Shown: positions 7,757 to 13,008 of the stretch, piece by piece
Layout of the letters: each line of letters opens with the position of its first letter
How positions within the stretch are numbered: position 1 is the first letter of the stretch
NCBI GenBank assembly: GCA_030141605.1
Contig: JAQGDQ010002147.1
Location: 1-13,008, forward strand
Direction: 5' to 3'
Length of the DNA stretch: 13,008 nt
Origin: Tubiluchus corallicola
Taxonomy: Eukaryota > Animalia > Priapulida
The notes under the pieces: model-generated
Database searches by the model: none
What the model was told of the DNA's origin: nothing
Seen by the model: only the letters and a program-made list of their open reading frames with translations
Program-made: the position numbers and the translations under genes

Positions 7757-10539
7757 GTTTTACACGTCAAATGTAGATTTAGGTGAAACAAATGTGTCTT
7801 GGTAACTCAAATGTAAACTTTGGTAGTTCAAATGTGTTAACAATGGTTTTCAACAAATCTTAAGCGTTTTTGGTAAGTCAAATGTAGACACATGTCATGT
7901 CAAATGTTCTATGTCTACATTTGACTTACCTAAGTCACATTTGAGTTACCAAAACACATTCGAAATTCCTATGTCTACATTTGACTTACCTAAGTCACAT
8001 TTGAACTTTCCTGTGTCTACATTTGACTTACCTAAGTCACATTTGAACTTTCCTGTGTCTACATTTGACTTACCTAAGTCACATTTGAACTTTCCTGTGT
8101 CTACATTTGACTTACCTAAGTCACATTTCAGTTACCAAAACATATTCGAAATTCCTATGTCTACATTTGACTTACCTAAGTCACATTTGAGTTACCAAAA
8201 CAAATTTGAAATTCCCATGTCTACATTTGACTTACCTAAGTCACATTTGAGTTACCAAAACAAATTTGAAATTCCTATGTCTACATTTGACTTACCTAAG
8301 TCACATTTGAACTTTCCTGTGTCTACATTTGACTTACCTAAGTCACATTTGAACTTTCCTGTGTCTACATTTGACTTACCTAAGTCACATTTGAACTTTC
8401 CTGTGTCTACATTTGACTTACCTAAGTCACATTTGAGTTACCAAAACACATTCGAAATTCCTAAGTCTACATTTGACTTACCTAAGTCACATTTGAGTTA
8501 CCAAAACACATTCGAAATTCCTATGTCTACATTTGACTTACCTAAGTCACATTTGAACTTTCCTGTCTACTTCTGACTTCCTAAGTCACATTTGAACTTC
8601 CTGTGTCACATTTGACTTACCTAAGTCACATTTGAACTTTCCTGTGTCTACATTTGACTTACCTAAGTCACATTTGAGTTACCAAAACACATTCGAAATT
8701 CCTATGTCTACATTTGACTTACCTAAGTCACATTTGAGTTACCAAAACACATTCGAAATTCCTATGTCTACATTTGACTTACCTAAGTCACATTTGAACT
8801 TTCCTGTGTCTACATTTGACTCACCTAAGTCACATTTGAACTTTCCTGTGTCTACATTTGACTTACCTAAGTCACATTTGAGTTACCAAAACACATTCGA
8901 AATTCCTCTGTCTACATTTGACTTACCTAAGTCACATTTGAGTTACCAAAACACATTCGAAATTCCTCTGTCTACATTTGACTTACCTAAGTCACATTTG
9001 AACTTTCCTGTGTCTACATTTGACTTACCTAAGCCACATTTGAACTTTCCTGTGTCTACATTTGACTTACCTAAGTCACATTTGAGTTACCAAAACACAT
9101 TCGAAATTCCTCTGTCTACATTTGACTTACCTAAGTCACATTTGAGTTACCAAAACACATTCGAAATTCCTCTGTCTACATTTGACTTACCTAAGTCACA
9201 TTTGAACTTTCCTGTGTCTACATTTGACTTACCTAAGCCACATTTGAACTTTCCTGTGTCTACATTTGACTTACCTAAGCCACATTTGAACTTTCCTGTG
9301 TCTACATTTGACTTACCTAAGCCACATTTGAACTTTCCTGTGTCTACATTTGACTTACCTAAGCCACATTTGAACTTTCCTGTGTCTACATTTGACTTAC
9401 CTAAGTCACATTTGAACTTTCCTGTGTCTACATTTGACTTACCTAAGTCACATTTGAACTTTCCTGTGTCTACATTTGACTTACCTAAGTCACATTTGAA
9501 CTTTCCTGTGTCTACATTTGACTTACCTAAGTCACATTTGAACTTTCCTGTGTCTACATTTGACTTACCTAAGTCACATTTGAACTTTCCTATGTCTACA
9601 TTTGACTTACCTAAGTTACATTTGAACTTTCCTGTGTCTACATTTGACTTACCTAAGTCACATTTGAACTTTCCTGTGTCTACATTTGACTTACCTAAGT
9701 CACATTTGAACTTTCCTGTGTCTACATTTGACTTACCTAAGTCACATTTGAACTTTCCTGTGTCTACATTTGACTTACCTAAGTCACATTTGAACTTTCA
9801 TGTGTCTACATTTGACTTACCTAAGTCACATTTGAACTTTCCTGTGTTTACATTTGACTTACCTAAGTCACATTTGAACTTTCCTATGTCTACATTTGAC
9901 TTACCTAAGTCACATTTGAACTTTCCTATGTCTACATTTGACTTACCTAAGTCACATTTGAACTTTCCTGTGTCTACATTTGACTTACCTAAGTCACATT
10001 TGAACTTTCCTGTGTCTACATTTGACTTACTTAAGTCACATTTGAACTTTCCTATGTCTACATTTGACTTACCTAAGTCACATTTGAAGTTTCCTGTGTC
10101 TACATTTGACTTACCTAAGTCACATTTGAACTTTCCTGTGTCTACATTTGACTTACCTAAGTCACATTTGAACTTTCCTGTGTCTACATTTGACTTACCT
10201 AAGTCACATTTGAACTTTCCTGTGTCTACATTTGACTTACCTAAGTCACATTTGAACTTTCCTGTTTCTACATTTGACTTACCTAAGTCACATTTGAACT
10301 TTCCTGTGTCTACATTTCACTTACCTAAGTCACATTTGAACTTTCCCGTTTCTACATTTGACTTACCTAAGTCACATTTGAACTTTCCTACGTCTACATT
10401 TGACTTACCTAAGTCACATTTGAACTTTCCTGTGTCTACATTTGACTTACCTAAGTCACATTTGAACTTTCCTGTGTCTACATTTGACTTACCTAAGTCA
10501 CATTTGAACTTTCCTGTGTCTACATTTGACGTGTAAAAC
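7757..10539. mobile_element. foldback-like TIR element containing an expanded satellite
   Basis: Perfect 21-bp TIR GTTTTACACGTCAAATGTAGA (7757-7777) / TCTACATTTGACGTGTAAAAC (10519-10539), each with TATA one base further out. 7790-7890 holds reverse-complement copies of the satellite subunits. Confidence 0.75.
7909..10530. repeat. 42/60-bp higher-order tandem satellite, about 2.6 kb
   Basis: 42-bp unit CCTGTGTCTACATTTGACTTACCTAAGTCACATTTGAACTTT and a 60-bp unit containing ...CATTTGAGTTACCAAAACACATTCGAAATTCC.... Both are built from 19-22-bp CATT(T/C)GA-cored monomers. Confidence 0.97.
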
Positions 10540-10871
10540 CTATATTAATAGGCTCTAAACTAAACTTATAAAAATTATACTTAGACTTTGGACAGCATCG
10601 GAAAGCGCATGCGCACCTCATTTTACTAAATTAATAATGACAAATAATTAATAATCACTTTAATAAATTAATTAAAATTAAATTGATTACTGGCGATCAA
10701 CCATTCTAACAAATTCCTTAAAATTTGTTGACTTGTAATACGCAACCAGTCTGAAGTCAACACGTTCAGGGAGTGAAAGTCAATACTTCAATAAGTAATG
10801 ATATAAATAATCACTTATTCTGTCGGAGCCATTAGGGTGATTTTGCACTGTTTCTACAAGACTTGCGTAGG

Positions 10872-10893
10872 TATATATATATATATATATATA
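10872..10893. repeat. (TA)n microsatellite
   Basis: About 11 TA units. Confidence 0.85.
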
Positions 10894-11328
10894 ATAATGT
10901 TTATTTGCCATTAAAATACATTGATAATCACTGATAAAAACTTTACACAGATGATCAATCAGTGTTAGTTAATAAAAACTTACACTGCTAAAGGCAAATG
11001 CGTCAGTGCAATCTAAACTACTGTGCAGTAATGGAAAGTAACGACGAATAAAATCAAACGTATTTACAACTATGCACAAAAAATGAAAAAATTAAGATTT
11101 GATTAATATGGCCGTGGATATATGAATTCTGAATTAGTGTGTATGTTGTCGTACTGGTGTGATGGTATTTCATATCTGGTTAATGTGACAAATTAACAAT
11201 AAATTACACTGAAAACGATACTAAACTGCACTGATACGGTGAATTCGTCACTGATCTTCCGTTATGAACGCCATTTCTTTCACAAGTGATAAAAACCCGC
11301 AAACTCGCGGGCTGCACGTTCTGCCCAG

Positions 11329-12164
<836 letters not shown>

Positions 12165-12456
12165 CTGCCCAAGCCTAAGCAACTGAAAAACTTGACAAAA
12201 TTCCGGCCTCCCGGCACGACTTCACAAAGAAAACTATCCCACTTCTATATATGGGGATACTTAGTTATAGATCATCTATGGTAAATCTTCCTCGGTCACA
12301 GCTACACCTCATTATGCAAAAACAAGATCTATTATATAATCACCAAGTTTACAAGACAGTTATGGTCCCCATTTAACACAGTGTTGCGCTCATCAATGTC
12401 TATTAATTTTATGACCAGCGTATGCAATGTGGTGTGTTACTTTGAAGTAAGATTAA

Positions 12457-12749
12457 AGGAAAACCGGACGATTGTTTAGACTCAGTCTCATTTTAATTTC
12501 ATGTCCAAAATATACATTTTCTTGTCAGTAAAGTTAACCATTGTTCCTTATATTTGAATAATTAGCGTAGAAAGTTAATTAACGGCAACCGAGCACAGCT
12601 ATTGCTTACGTCAGAAACTAACCACAGTTTGTGCAATGGCAGGCGTCTTCCCTTGCGCATCAAGCACATTTGCATAAGTGTTACAGTACTGCTTAAATGT
12701 ATGATCCAGTTTGATGATGAAGCATTAAAAACAATCATCCAGTTTACCT
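12457..12749. mobile_element. TTAA-flanked (Kolobok-like) MITE, 293 bp
   Basis: TTAA on both sides (12453-12456 and 12750-12753). 21-bp TIRs AGGAAAACCGGACGATTGTTT / AAACAATCATCCAGTTTACCT (18/21). AG...CT termini fit Kolobok better than piggyBac (CC...GG). Confidence 0.82.
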
Positions 12750-12845
12750 TTAAGTAATTTTTCATTTAAGCTTGACTGTCTTCTATCCTGAATTAAAGCT
12801 GGTAAAAAAACTGATTAACATGTGCCGTGTGTTTGTCGTTCTAAG

Positions 12846-13008
12846 GATAAAGATGTGTACAAAGGTGAAAGCTTCAGACTTTATAACAGTCCATCATGAA
12901 ATGGGGCACGTCGAATATTACATGCAGTACAGCCAACTGCCACAGATTTACCAAGAAGGAGCAAATAAAGCATTTCACGAAGCAGTGGGAGACACCATCA
13001 CTCTCTCT
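12846..13008 (+). CDS. ACE: ACE-like M2 peptidase, catalytic exon F (cut by the window end)
   Basis: Acceptor ttgtcgttctaag ends at 12845; phase 2. Translates IKMCTKVKASDFITVHHEMGHVEYYMQYSQLPQIYQEGANKAFHEAVGDTITLS. HEMGH is at 12895-12909 and the third zinc ligand (E of EAVGD) is at 12979-12981. Confidence 0.97.

Noticed and set aside
8560-8632. Cluster of small deletions in the satellite as a programmed frameshift between two ORFs
   Set aside because: The ORFs are artefacts. Locally degenerate units or sequencing/assembly error explain it more simply.
7911-10536. 221-aa and 634-aa ORFs of (STFDLPKSHLNFPV)n as a novel repeat protein
   Set aside because: Unit lengths of 42 and 60 are multiples of 3 and lack a stop in one frame, so long ORFs arise automatically. 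The region is intronic, TIR-bounded and has no unique domain.
10548-11320. Additional repeat fragments around the (TA)n run and flanking the GA-bearing MITE
   Set aside because: They are probably repeat-derived, but I could not define TIRs, TSDs or boundaries from the sequence alone.

Overview
This is eukaryotic (invertebrate-like, AT-rich) genomic DNA, not prokaryotic. The window lies inside one intron-rich, + strand gene for an angiotensin-converting enzyme-like peptidyl-dipeptidase (peptidase family M2). Six GT-AG exons (38-164, 1257-1409, 2932-3173, 6041-6232, 7430-7703, 12846->13008) splice in frame with no stop codon (1151 nt, 383 full codons) and carry the HEMGH...EAVGD zinc site. The gene continues beyond both window edges. 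The introns hold four hAT-like MITEs, one clear and one degenerate TTAA-flanked (Kolobok-like) element, three minisatellites, microsatellites and a probable LINE 3' remnant. Two intronic elements stand out. The first is a 534-bp 5S rRNA-headed SINE-like insertion with a 9-bp target-site duplication and a structured body that can form a pseudoknot. The second is a 2.8-kb foldback-like element whose right arm has expanded into a 42/60-bp higher-order satellite. Most long ORFs in the supplied track are repeat artefacts.
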